Of a DNA stretch of 54,237 bases, positions 11,201 to 21,378 are shown piece after piece. Source of the DNA: Craspedostauros australis (Eukaryota); NCBI GenBank assembly GCA_030167865.1, contig JALAGF010006085.1, forward strand, positions 1 through 54,237, given 5' to 3'. Every line of letters starts with the position of its first letter. Positions within the stretch are counted from its first letter, which is position 1. The notes beneath the pieces are model-generated. The model was not told the DNA's origin and searched no databases. It worked only from the letters and a program-made list of their open reading frames with translations. The position numbers and the translations under genes were made by a program.

Positions 11201-14200
11201 ACGACGGGAACCTTCGGGAAGCTATGGTCGTTTCTAGACATCAATGACGATCTCAACGACTACGAAGATGACGAGTCATGGGATTCGACTGGCAAAGAAA
11301 CGAAGCGATCAAAACGTCGACAAGAGCGGCAGGCTCGTCAGCTGCCAACCCGCACAAGTTCGGACCGCCGCAGCCACGATTCCTACAGAGAAGCAGCCAA
11401 AGACCTCCTCTTCCTCAACGCAGAAAAGCGCACCAATCGTCTCAGCGACCCAATCAGACGGTCGCAGCCTCTTCCTAATGAGTGGCCCCGTTCCCATGAG
11501 GCTGGTAGAACTGATGCTGGCGACAGAGGCGGTGCCGGAGCCAAGTCACCTCGAACACCACGAGGCCAGAATTCTGGTAGGAAGCGGCATTCATCCGAGA
11601 GCAACCAGCGTGGGGACTTCCAAGATCGCCAACGAGACCGCCAGAGACCGCGAGAGCGGAACTCTCAAATTCGGAAGCAGTCGGAACGCGGTCAGCTCCG
11701 GGATCACCAACGAAACGGTCGCAACAATGAGCAAAATCAACGCATACGGTTCGCCGATGGCACCGCCTTTGAGGATCGCAATGGAGCGACCGATTCAGAG
11801 AACTCAGATGAAAGGGATCACCGCAATGCATCGGACGATGCACAGTTCAACAACGGCAACAAGCAACGAGACCGTCAGCATGCCGGAAACGCTTTGTCGG
11901 ACGGGGAGGAATCTAACACCTACTTCGGAATGGATGTCACCCGAGTTGAGAGGAAGACGAAGACTAGGTCAAAGACGAAGAAGATGAAAACATCTCGCTT
12001 GTTCACCCTGAAACCAGCAGGACGAAACCCAAACAATGCTCAAGGACGAAGCAAATCCCACAAGGTTCGCATGGGGACATTGCAGAATGGGAATGCTCGG
12101 CCCACGAACAATGCGCAAGACATCAGAGCCGTGGCCAATTTGACAGAAACGACCGCCACAATAACAGCGACATCAGGCTCGTCATCAGCAACCAACGACA
12201 ATCTTTCGGACATTCTGGGAGAACGGCCGAGAAACAAGGCAAGGGATGGCAGCAAAGCTGATCAGCTTGAAGTCGTCAACGCCCCAAGAAGCAATCTTCG
12301 TCCACGACCGCCAAGACCAGTGGGCAAGGTTGAGCCCGTCAACAAGAACAGCGCCACAACCACTAACAACATCAAAAACATCAAGAACAACAAGAACAAC
12401 AATGGCAACAACCTCAGCAACAAGAATGACGACGCCTTCAACAGTGCCCAGCCAATTGCCGTCATGAACCCTCCGCACAGGCATCAGGTTCGAGAAATTC
12501 GATTGATCTCAGGTGCTGATTCCAAGATCAGCAACCTTTCCGACGACAACGACGACGAGAAATTGTTCCGACCAAAGCCTCGCTCGTTCATGAACAAGCT
12601 TGGCGGGAAGCGGTTCAAGAGTCCCGGACGTGTGCAGCTGAATTCAAATCAGCACCAACCGAAAGGAAAGCCGAAGTCGATGCATCAGCAGCAGATCGAA
12701 CAGCGCCAGAGGCAAAAAATGTTCTATCGCCAACAGCAGAAGCAACAGAAACAGAAGCAGCTGGAGCAACAGCAACGACAATCCCAGCCACAGCATCAGC
12801 ATCAGCTTCAGCCACCAAACCAGCAACAACAAATGCAAGGGGCCCCGCGAAAAGGGATTCCAAAGCAGCTTCCCGGCATTAATCAAGGCCGTCCTCTAAC
12901 CGCTAAACCAAATGGGGAGAACCGGGTGCAACCAGCAAAAGGCGCGAAGAACACTACGCGCCCGGAGGCAAAGAAAGCAAGCAATCCACGACGATCGCTT
13001 GGAAAACCTGGAGGGAAGAGAGCACGGGTGGGTTGCAATAATTGTGAACTCTCGGACGACGAATCCGTATCTTCGAGAGGTGACAATGGCCGGCGACAAG
13101 CCAAGGCGTCTGCGGGGAGGGACAAACCAACAACCAATCGGGCCCGTTCCAGCAGTGGACCAAACAATACGCAATTGCAAAGCCGCCAACGCCAAACGAA
13201 GAAAGCAACTGCGGTCATTGCACAACAGTACGTTGCATACTCTCAGTTCGGAAACAGTGCTGAATCGATCATCAAGTTTTGCGAGCACGCCAGCATACCG
13301 GTGCCGAAGACCAAGAAGGGCGAACTCCTGATACGCATCATTGTAAGTACCTACTGGATACTGGTGGAGATCTTGGCGGCGACAGTTTGCATTGTATTGG
13401 ATTGGAATGAAGTGCTGTTCGTCGCATTGTAGACAGCAACGACGGGTTTCATTCAGTCAACTGCGCTTCATTTCATGTTTCCGTAGTCATACTCATGTTT
13501 CACCCCCATTCACATCTGGATTCTTGCTTGCTCACTCCCGCAACCTGCTTCATCGATCCCACTGTTGACTTTTGCAGGTCTCAACTGTATCCGCAGCAGA
13601 CACGGTGATTCGGCGTGGTCGGTGGAATGTGGTGGCATTGAATCCATTCATCATTCCGGGCACCACCTTTGTCGGGGAAATCTGCGGGGACGAGCAAAAG
13701 GCGAAGAAGGTGAATCCTCTTGTATTCAACAACATGAAACCAGGCGATCGGGTGATGGCTTTGGTTACGAGAGGAGGTAATGCACGGTTTGCTTGCGTTC
13801 ACAAGGACAGGCTGGTGAAGATACCGTTGAGTGTGAACCCAGCGCTGGCATCATGCTTGGCAGAAACCTACTTGGGTGCATTTCAGGCCGCCCACATCGG
13901 CCAGCGATCGAGTACGAGATACAAAAAGTCTGCGTTGACGGGCAAGTCCATCCTCATCTTGGGTGGGTACTGTCCCTTAACGCATGCCATCATCGAGGTG
14001 GCGTTGGCAGCCAGGGCTGATGCTGTGTACTGCATCGCGGCGAAAGGACGAGAATCGGAGCTGATATCTGACGTCGGTGGCATCCCCATCGGTCACACCG
14101 CGCAGGAATGGCTACCGCACATCAGCAGGCAAATCTCTATTCTCATAGCCGCTCGGCATGGACCGGATGTGGAGGAAGTCAAGACGGATCACCTAAAGAC

Positions 14201-14528
14201 GCTCAACGAAGATGGCCAGGTGGTCTTGCTCGATCCTCCGGGTGTTGTCGAGAAGCAGAAGAACATGCCAAACCTATCCAAGCTGTTTTGCGCATCATCC
14301 AAGCAGAAGCTGCTGAGCCGACTGCACGCCTTCAACGTCTTCGATAGTTTCGACAACGATCCCAAGCAGGCCAGACGTGACATGGGGCATCTGGTGGAGT
14401 TGCTTGGGGACAAGCGCCTGCAACCACCGGTCCTGGACGTCGTTTCGCTGCCTCAGGTCGCCAAGGCGCAGTCCATCCTGGAATCGAACAGAGTAACAGG
14501 GCACTTCCTCTGCGATCCCTGGGAATAG
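8276..14528 (+). CDS. About 2005-aa protein: long Q/N/D-rich disordered N-terminus fused to a C-terminal MDR (quinone-oxidoreductase/VAT1-like) domain; join(8276..13342,13578..14528)
   Basis: Phase-0 intron from gtaagt (13343) to ttgcag (13577) joins GELLIRII|VSTVSAADTVIRRG. MDR motifs IPGTTFVGEI, MKPGDRVMALVTRGGNARF, CLAETYLGAFQ and LPQVAKAQSILE are present. Confidence 0.85.
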
Positions 14529-15097
14529 ATCACGGCATGGCACCGCGTTGGACTGCACTACGAGTACTCGAACTTGTACTTGTATTGTGTCATACATTGC
14601 AAAAGAACTTCATTTCCAGTCACTTCGCTGGATTGCTTGGTGATGTTGCGAGCCTGGACCTGCCATCGAGTGAGCGTGTGCAGACGTCAGCGGTGACGAA
14701 GTTCTCGACAGCAGCATACTCGCACACTTTCAAAGCTCTGGCACAAAGCATCGTTTGGGCGCACAATAGTACGGCATGGCAACAGCAACAAAGATGGTCC
14801 ATGGAAAGTTTGGAGATGTGCACAGGGTCATGCTCAACACGAATAATCTCTCTCCTGAGGGTTTCCAATGACTCTCGCCTTCAGACCATGTTGCATGGGA
14901 ACGTGCGAGTAGGACGAGTACTCGATGGAGTAGTTAGACCGGGAGTATTTTTGTCTCCAATCCGAAGTCGAAACAGAAAGTACGTTCACACTGCCATTCA
15001 TGCTTTGCCCAGGCCACAGTTCTCCCTCGGTGACGTGACACATGCTCAACGTAGAGTTACGCTTTGCTCTGCACGCTGTGCCCCTTTGAGTTTTGGA

Positions 15098-16642
15098 CTA
15101 GGTTTGTGTTGCGGTCTTCCGAAAGATCATGATGATGGAATGGAATGCCTCGAGTTGTTGCCGAGTGACCGAAACGGTTTCAGCGGTGTCACCTCCTCGT
15201 GCTGTTTCCATTTCGGCGAGATAGTCATCATGGTGTGAGGGGAGGACTTGGTGCGGCCGGAATTCACGAATGCACTCCAGGCCATGTTCGGCGGCTTGGT
15301 GAATGATGTGTTGTTCCAGGGCTTGGAATGGCAAGTGACCCTTCCTACGAGTATGTCGATTTCCACCACCATCTTCAGAAACCATCGCCTCGTTTTCTCC
15401 CATCGGTCCGCATTCTGTATGTTTGGTGTTAACACGATCGTCAGGTTCGCATTCATCGTCAGTATGATGACCGTTGTTGCTGACATTGCTGTCCGGTCGT
15501 GGGAGATAGAAGCGAGGCACGTGCGACAGAATCAAGATGCCATCGTCTCGCAGCAAGGCTGCGGCAGTTTCCAGCATAGGGTTGACCATCTTCAAGTCGT
15601 ACACAACGTCCGTTGCAATGACCGTGTCGAATGCCCCGTGTCCATCGGAATACAGCGTATTCATGTGCTCCATGCCCCACGGCAGCAGCATGGTGTTGTA
15701 CCGCTCATCAGCATCATCGACAGCATCGGCAGCATCGTTGCCACCGCCACCGCCATCGCCATCGCCACCACGCACGTTCGATCGAATGTTCTTCTCGCAC
15801 AGTTCCAGCGTGGCTTGGTCATTATCCGTGAAGAGGACGCGTTCGACAATGTGTTGCCCAAGGAGCACAAGTACTGCAATGCTCGCCGCTCCAGTCCCAC
15901 ATCCCAGTTCACAAATGCGCCGGCCGATGTGCTGCAGGATGTACTCGTAGCTTGAGTACTGTCGCGGTTCTTGTTGCCGTTTGTGCTCCCTTTGATGCCC
16001 ATCCTTTCCACGATCTGAACCGCCAGGAAGGCCTCTCGCCTCGTGAGGAGTGTGGAGCGCTTTTTCGCAATCCAAACGAAGGATGTACAAGAAAGCTACT
16101 GCTGCCATCCAGATCATGTGCCCTGTGCCATCGTAGAATTCATCGTCTTCGGCGCTCTCTGACAACGGATACTTCGTGCTCGCGTTATGATTGTCATTGT
16201 CGGTGGCCATGGATGTCCGGGTGCTATAGTTCATATCCAATGGCGACATGCGTGATATTCTGTGGATGTTGATTTCATCTGGAGGCGTTTGTCTGACCCT
16301 ATCATTGCCCTCATCCATCAAAGCGCTGATGTCCTCCGGGACCCCACGATCATCTTCATCATTCGCCTCCTGGTCTGTCTTCTGCGATGATGAGGATGAT
16401 GGTATTGGCGGCGCAGCTGATAGACGCTGTGCTGTGTGAGAACCGCTGCCACACGGAAGCGGTATTCGTGTGAGTTGATGTGTTGCGAAAACTTCGGCGT
16501 CGAACACATTCATCCCCTCCGTGTTCGTCCATTTCTCTTCAATCACACTGTCATCGTCGCCATCGATGGTACTCGCGGCAGCACCAACCGCCGATGGTGG
16601 AACTGTCGAGGAACTCTCGTTTCCATCATCCTTCGTCGGCAT
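15098..16642 (-). CDS. Class I SAM-dependent methyltransferase, Methyltransf_16 / METTL21-like
   Basis: Motifs DGTGHMIWMAA, ICELGCGTG (motif I), VLFTDND, LPWG and FDTVIATDVVYD in a 514-aa uninterrupted ORF. Confidence 0.9.
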   Translation of the reverse strand: MPTKDDGNESSSTVPPSAVGAAASTIDGDDDSVIEEKWTNTEGMNVFDAEVFATHQLTRIPLPCGSGSHTAQRLSAAPPIPSSSSSQKTDQEANDEDDRGVPEDISALMDEGNDRVRQTPPDEINIHRISRMSPLDMNYSTRTSMATDNDNHNASTKYPLSESAEDDEFYDGTGHMIWMAAVAFLYILRLDCEKALHTPHEARGLPGGSDRGKDGHQREHKRQQEPRQYSSYEYILQHIGRRICELGCGTGAASIAVLVLLGQHIVERVLFTDNDQATLELCEKNIRSNVRGGDGDGGGGGNDAADAVDDADERYNTMLLPWGMEHMNTLYSDGHGAFDTVIATDVVYDLKMVNPMLETAAALLRDDGILILSHVPRFYLPRPDSNVSNNGHHTDDECEPDDRVNTKHTECGPMGENEAMVSEDGGGNRHTRRKGHLPFQALEQHIIHQAAEHGLECIREFRPHQVLPSHHDDYLAEMETARGGDTAETVSVTRQQLEAFHSIIMIFRKTATQT

Positions 16643-18487
16643 CCTTCTTCCGACCAGCCAGTCTCCCGTTCTCTCCGGTCACAACCTGCGAATACGAGTA
16701 TAGTATTGTGCACCAGACTCAGAGACGAAAGTGCGAACTCAAGTTCAACTTGGGTTCATGTCCTCTCTTCACGTTTTCCCTTGGCGCTGTTGTTCTGCCA
16801 CGATCTCAGCGGAACCAAATCGATGTAATGTCCTTCTGGCAATACGACGAGTAATAGTATGCTTGCGATTACAATGGTGATTGCTCGTCGTTGGGGACAT
16901 TGATAAGTGGGCGTTCGGCCGATGCTGTTTGTCGGCGTGTGTGTACCCCTGTGTCGCAGAACACATCCTCCTTCACTCTTTTGCCACCGTTGGATGGTAA
17001 GAGTTGGTCGGTGGCTTTTGTTGTCGTCGTCTTTTTGTGTTGATTGAATAGGTCATTGCTAGTAGGGCGAATGCGGATACGCTTCATTATTAGGACGTGG
17101 ACGATCGAGAATGGAGACAAATCAGAAAACTCCAACTGCAGTTGTACCTAGTCTTGCAACCAAGACCAAAAAGTGCTCACAAATCAATGCCAATCCGCGA
17201 ATTCAAACTAGTCTCGTCGCCCACATTGGCGTGGCCCAAGACATTCCAGAGAGCAGAAGTTTTGCCACAACGTCATCGCAGTTCTTGAAGTGTACGATCT
17301 GTGCTACGCATTCGCACATGCCTGGGGTGATGAGTCAGAAGCCTGTCGAGGAAATGTTCACAGATGAGGTGGAATGCGCGCTTTCATGACGCGAGTTGCG
17401 GACGTATGAAGTTCAACTGACACAAACTCAAAATGCACGAAGACTGCTTTCTGAATCGGATTCAACGCAAGCCGTGAGGACGAAAGCACGCCGAATTTAC
17501 TGTGCATTTACTCAACTCCTTTGTCCAAGGGTGCGAGACGACGTGATGTTTGATGGGTCAATGCCGTGTCGTGCACTGTCGATAGGACCAGGCTTTTGAG
17601 AAGGAGTCGACCGCGAGCGTCACAAAGAAGCGTATGCAAAGAAGATTTATTCAACGCCACCAGCTTGGATTGGTTTTGTTGAACATGAGCGGAGGCACAC
17701 GGCACAATGGTCTTCCGCGACCACCAAAGGTGTCGGCCTCGAGAGCCAAGCGCGATCGTAATTGTACAGCGCTCCGCCACAACTAGGCTTCGTTAGTTTG
17801 GGCCTGTGTCCTGTTGGTGTGGCCACTATCGAAAACGGTTTTCAGGCTGCTCGGACGTTGGTGACACTGTTGATACTCCATCGTATGATACGACCTTCGA
17901 GTGCTAGCAGAGAGAGCCGAAGGGGGTTGCAGACACTCTGCCTGCTCTTCGTGGACATTGCAGTTGTCTGTGTCTTTCTCAGCGCGTCATAGAATTCCAT
18001 GGGCATTTGTGAAATGACTACTGAGGATAGTTAAATGATACGATGCCTGTCACAGCGATCTGTTTCTTGCCGAGTCGCGTGCAGACACCTCCTTTCTGGA
18101 CAACACGATTGAGTGTCTTGCCTTTGAGCCTTCCTCTATTTCTACATTTCTACACGCTGTATGCAATCCTGATGTATCCTCTCCAACGACACCGCTGGAG
18201 GCATCGCCACCGCAAGTCGTACATGGATTGAGGTCTGGCTCCATGTTGGCTCTCTTTTGGCTTTCATCTGCCCACATGATGGCTCGATCTGTCCCTCGAT
18301 CTGGTCATAATTTCATCCCAAAACCAAACAAATACCAAACTGAATCGGCTGAAGTACACTGCTCTTCTCTATTCTACTACTACTCTGCGACCTACAAATC
18401 ATCCATAGGTGCTTTCACATCTTCACATATAATATTATATTGCACAAACACATTCTCGCTCCAAGCATTCTACTCTGACCAACCATC

Positions 18488-19135
18488 ATGAATAGAGAAC
18501 CACAGGTATCGTTCAATTCAAGCCCAAGCTTTCAAGCTGACGAGATGTTGCCAGGGGGAGACCTTGCATCGTGCGACAAGACTGACAGCATCGTCGATGA
18601 AGCGAACCATGAGCAAAGCACTTGGTACACCAAGCGGGAGATCAAGGCGTTCCGGGCGCACAATGCTGACGCCTCTTCCTCCACATCTCGTGAGAATCGT
18701 CGCAACATGATCAACAGCGTGGTGTCGCTGCAGATGGAGCACAAGGAGTCCGGCATCATGAGCGACGAGAAAGGCCTGGCCCATCTCTCGCGAGCCTGCA
18801 GCAAGGCGGCCCGGCAACGAGCATACAACGCCGCCGCAGAGCTCGCGCATGAGATCTTGACGGATGGCATGGATCTGCAATCCATTTGGGACAGCGATCA
18901 TAACGACGGGAATGCCGGCGTTGGATCTCTCTCCTCCTCGTCCTCGTCATCATACAGCCTGGGACTGCAGCAGGGGGAACAAGGGCAACATCGCGATTGC
19001 AAGAAGACAGGTCGGCACAGCCAGAAACGAAAGTCGCTCTTGGGGCGTGCCCGGCCCAAGGTGGAACGTTCATGCTCCAAGCGCAGGTTGCAACGCAGCA
19101 TCCGATTGAACTGCTGTTCCGCGCAGACTGCATAA
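18488..19135 (+). CDS. Hypothetical protein of a diatom-type expanded family (VSF..WY..E...F / L...S...S..AR..A pattern)
   Basis: 215-aa ORF with ccatcATG context. VSFNSSP, WYTKREIKAFR, INSVVSLQMEH..G..DEKGLAHLSRACSKAARQRA resemble a recurrent diatom hypothetical family (recalled, not searched). Confidence 0.75.
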   Translation: MNREPQVSFNSSPSFQADEMLPGGDLASCDKTDSIVDEANHEQSTWYTKREIKAFRAHNADASSSTSRENRRNMINSVVSLQMEHKESGIMSDEKGLAHLSRACSKAARQRAYNAAAELAHEILTDGMDLQSIWDSDHNDGNAGVGSLSSSSSSSYSLGLQQGEQGQHRDCKKTGRHSQKRKSLLGRARPKVERSCSKRRLQRSIRLNCCSAQTA

Positions 19136-19788
19136 GATCGCAGGTAGCTGATAGCCATCTGCATGATATTCAATGACCCCAAGTCGCAGTACTACTTGAT
19201 GCACCTTCCTTTCATGCGTACGTACATGCTTGCGAGCAGTACCGGCACAACATCACAACAAGCAAGACAACGACAAGGCGGCTCCATGTACTCTACATAC
19301 AAGTACAACCATACGAATAAAGTTTTAGAATGCTCTACACAAGTTTTGAACAAATACGTATGTATGGCATGATACTCCCGTCAGTGCAATGTTCGTAGTT
19401 GTAGTTGTGCTGATGGAGCTGCACAGTGAATGAAGTGGGGCACTTCAGTTTAACTACCTACACACGAAATGTATTGCGTGGTGATGGCAGAGGACGATCT
19501 ATGCAAAGAACTATTGGATTGACCGGCTTTGTATGAATAATGATTAGAGTAGGGTGCCTGCTGCTCACTGCAACACTCCTCTTTCAATAGAAGTGGGATG
19601 CTCTGGGTACTGTTTGGATGGACATTGGGGGCAACAGACTGCGAGTATGAGTGCAATGGCTCTATTGATGGCGAAATGCGGATTTGTGACACACAAGTGC
19701 CTGGTGCACTGTTCTGCTCAAGGCACAGTCTACCCAGCTCTCTCTAGATCGTAGAATATCGCATGGTACAAAGAAGTGTACCGCCGTG

Positions 19789-21378
19789 CTATCTGGTTTG
19801 CTTTGTCGTTGGCATGAGATAGATCTCTTCGCCTTCTCCGCCACCGCTGGTAGCGTTGCTATTGCCATTGCCACCGCTGTTGGCCTGCTCAAAGACGAAT
19901 GGTCGTGGACTGTTGCTGTTGGTCCGCCACGAGCGGAAATCGCGGCGACGACGGCGTCCGGATTGCTGCGGCGTCGCGGCTGTCGGCGAATGCGGCAGCA
20001 TGTGGTCGTTGCGCGGGCTGGTCATGTGATTCTGGGCGCTGCTCCACGGCGTGTGCAGCATGTCCTTTTGCAGCATGACGTGCCTGTCCTGGTTGAATGC
20101 TTCGGAGGCCATCCATAGATCGTTCTTGACCCGGTTGCCGGTGATGCTGGTCGCCATGGAATCGTCCATCGTCCAGCTGGAGGCGATGGATGCGGACTCT
20201 ATCGACTCCTCCCTGGCCTGATACTGTGCCACTTCCGACGCGACTTCCGCGGTTGGTTCGCTTCCGTTTGAGTTGGTGCGCTGGTGGTCGGCGTTGCGAT
20301 CGACTCCGTCATCGGTCATGACATCGACGTCGGTGGCAGCATCATCGATCTCCACCGGTTCATCGACCTTCTCGAGCGGAGCCCGGCGATTGGAACGCAG
20401 CTTGACGAAGATGACGGAACCCACGATGACGAAGGCCACCGCAGCGAGCCCCCCAACGATCGCAACCCATGTGAGGTCATTGCCATCATCGTCTGCGACG
20501 TTGTCACCACGCGATGCGCCTGTGAACGTGACTGGTGCATCCGTTGGTGACAGGGTGTCTGTCGCCAATGCGGATGTTGGTGAGTTGGTTGTTGCGGGTG
20601 CGATCGTGGGCGAGTCCGTGAACGGTGGCGTGATGGTGGGAGAGAGGGTCGGATCAGGCACCGGAATGAAGACTGCAGAGTTGACTTGCCCGTACTCATC
20701 TGCTTCGTTGAGCGCATCGAGGAACAGCGAGGAGTGGACTGCATCCTGAACCCACTGGCTGACTTCCTCCTTGGTGTACTCCGGCGATGTGCTCTCGAAG
20801 GAGACCACTCCACCCTTGAAATCCACCAAAGTGGTCGCGTCGGATTGCAGGCCTCGCTGCGCTTGTCTCCGAGCCCGTCTGCTTCCGGCACCTCCATCGC
20901 CGTCCAGGCTGTTATTGGCATCGCTGTTGGTGTCCGTTTCGCTGCTGTTTCCTGACCAGACGACATCCTGGACGTTGGTGAGCAGCAGGTACTCCAAGCC
21001 CACGGTCTGAGTGGTGACGTAGGCCTCCACGGCCTTCTCGATGATGATCTGGATCACGTTGCTTCCGGGCTGCACCTGAAGCGTGGGTCCGTAGCGAACG
21101 GCAAACTCATCGATGCTCACATGCTGCGGACCGTCGCTGCTGTCGTTGGAGTATCGCAGCTGTCTCTGTCTCTCATTATTCTTGCCCTGGGTTGTGCCTG
21201 TGCCTGTGACTCTGGCTGTACTGGAAGCTGTGGCATCATGCGCTGAGCACGCAACCAACAAGAGCATGCCCATCAGCACGAGGCTTGCTATTCTGCCGTT
21301 GCCGTTTCTGCTGCTATTGGTGATGCGGCCATTGCCGCTCCCGGTTGGCCGGGGTCTGGTGTGGAGGATGCGATCCAT
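19789..21378 (-). CDS. Type I single-pass membrane protein (signal, SEA-like ectodomain, PT-rich stalk, TM, acidic cytosolic tail); paralog of 31832-33832
   Basis: 529-aa ORF with hydrophobic IASLVLMGMLLLVACSA, a PTLSPT..SPT stalk, TM LTWVAIVGGLAAVAFVIVGSVIFV followed by KLRSNRR, and tail motif EAFNQDRHVMLQKDMLHTP. Confidence 0.85.
   Translation of the reverse strand: MDRILHTRPRPTGSGNGRITNSSRNGNGRIASLVLMGMLLLVACSAHDATASSTARVTGTGTTQGKNNERQRQLRYSNDSSDGPQHVSIDEFAVRYGPTLQVQPGSNVIQIIIEKAVEAYVTTQTVGLEYLLLTNVQDVVWSGNSSETDTNSDANNSLDGDGGAGSRRARRQAQRGLQSDATTLVDFKGGVVSFESTSPEYTKEEVSQWVQDAVHSSLFLDALNEADEYGQVNSAVFIPVPDPTLSPTITPPFTDSPTIAPATTNSPTSALATDTLSPTDAPVTFTGASRGDNVADDDGNDLTWVAIVGGLAAVAFVIVGSVIFVKLRSNRRAPLEKVDEPVEIDDAATDVDVMTDDGVDRNADHQRTNSNGSEPTAEVASEVAQYQAREESIESASIASSWTMDDSMATSITGNRVKNDLWMASEAFNQDRHVMLQKDMLHTPWSSAQNHMTSPRNDHMLPHSPTAATPQQSGRRRRRDFRSWRTNSNSPRPFVFEQANSGGNGNSNATSGGGEGEEIYLMPTTKQTR

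Noticed and set aside
9068..13331. Long antisense or alternate-frame ORFs within the 1743-aa ORF
   Set aside because: They are shadow ORFs of a biased, low-complexity coding strand.
13343..13432. Hydrophobic C-terminus VSTYWILVEILAATVCIVLDW of the 1743-aa ORF as a TM anchor
   Set aside because: It is intron read-through after the gtaagt donor; splicing restores the MDR domain.
16869..18000. Short ORFs such as 17111..17389 and 17508..17780
   Set aside because: No motifs, weak codon bias and no buildable gene model.
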